Positions 63,270-64,000 of a stretch of DNA of 64,000 nt are shown here, piece by piece. Below the pieces are notes generated by a model. That model saw only the letters and a program-made list of their open reading frames with translations. It was not told the origin of the DNA and did no database searches. Each line of letters starts with the position of its first letter. The stretch's first letter is position 1. The position numbers were made by a program, and so were the translations under genes. Source of the stretch: Vicugna vicugna (Eukaryota); NCBI GenBank assembly GCA_013265495.1, contig MU059938.1, positions 3,385,656 through 3,449,655 on the forward strand. Direction: 5' to 3'.

Positions 63270-63400
63270 ATACCAGCCTCGGAATTAAGAGAACTGGGGT
63301 CTAGTTTCAGTTATGCCACTGACTCACTGCGTAACCATGGACTGTCCTCTGATCCTCTTTGGGTCTTAGTGTCCAGATCTGTAAATGAGATTGCAAGTGT
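63270..63400 (+). mobile_element. MIR fragment
   Basis: agaactggggtctagtttcagttatgccactgactcactgcgtaacc...atctgtaaatgag. Confidence 0.65.
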
Positions 63401-64000
63401 GCTCACCGATTCTATTGCTGTGTTCTACAAAGACTTCCTTCTCCAAGCAAGGTGGTGGACCAGATGGCCTATTCCAATTCAGATGGCCTACTTCAGCTGC
63501 TGAAGTATCATTGCGGGGGTGACAGGACTAAAATATTCAGTCTGTACACATGGTTCTGAAAACTTCTTGGATTAGAAAGTAGTGTTTCTAATTTGTGTTG
63601 TTTCAAAAGATGGAGCTTTGGGAGAGTCCATCTGGTCATGCAATTCTCAAGTAAAATTTAACACCTATCTTTGGACAATGTGGAAAAAGTCCTTTGGGAA
63701 ACACGAATGTTTAATGAGCTATAACTGGCCTTGGTAAACAATCACGCTCTTCTTTTTTCATTTTGTAGGCACTAAACAGAAAGGCTTTGAAGATGGTGAC
63801 ATTTACTATCTTCATGTGCCTCATCCTCCAGTTGGAACACTGCTTTCTACTGCATGCATTTACCCAACCCTCATAGATGCTGTTACATTTTTACATTATC
63901 CATGGATTTGTAGCCAAGACAGACATTGAAAAGGACACCCCAGGAGTGGCTCCATACTACAGAGTCCCTTGGGTTGAGGGAAGCATTTGCAGTTCAAAAA

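Noticed and set aside
1-64000. ORF-track ORFs (60-183 aa) as protein-coding genes
   Set aside because: None resembles a protein I recognise except L1 ORF1/ORF2 remnants; many overlap repeats or each other on both strands, as expected by chance.
1-64000. CRISPR array, operon or other prokaryotic/viral system
   Set aside because: Mammalian repeat landscape; no regularly spaced direct repeats with unique spacers and no compact gene clusters.

Overview
Mammalian genomic DNA, most likely camelid (alpaca/llama/camel). The call rests on three vic-1-like tRNA-derived SINEs and camelid/cetartiodactyl-type L1 3' ends, with no Alu, B1/B2, Bov-tA/BovB, PRE-1 or SINEC seen. The window looks intronic or intergenic. 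I recognise no protein-coding gene, RNA gene or CRISPR array, and the ORF track is explained by repeats or chance. Much of 6.6-64 kb is interspersed repeats (L1, HAL1-like, L2, MIR, MaLR/ERVL/ERV1 LTRs, MER3/MER5/hAT MITEs). Family names and boundaries come from my recollection of consensus sequences and are approximate. I find no evidence of a new multi-gene system. The best leads are small: (i) several mini-insertions with target-site-duplication (TSD) signatures, including a 44-nt non-repeat piece with AATAAA, poly(A) and TSD; (ii) a 59-bp local templated copy inside an L1 that lacks the EN/RT region; (iii) a decayed non-LTR reverse-transcriptase relic; (iv) a repeat-poor, CpG/motif-rich first ~6.6 kb with candidate minus-strand exons; (v) a possible MLT2-LTR-initiated plus-strand transcript; (vi) a CTCF motif inside an ERVL-type LTR.
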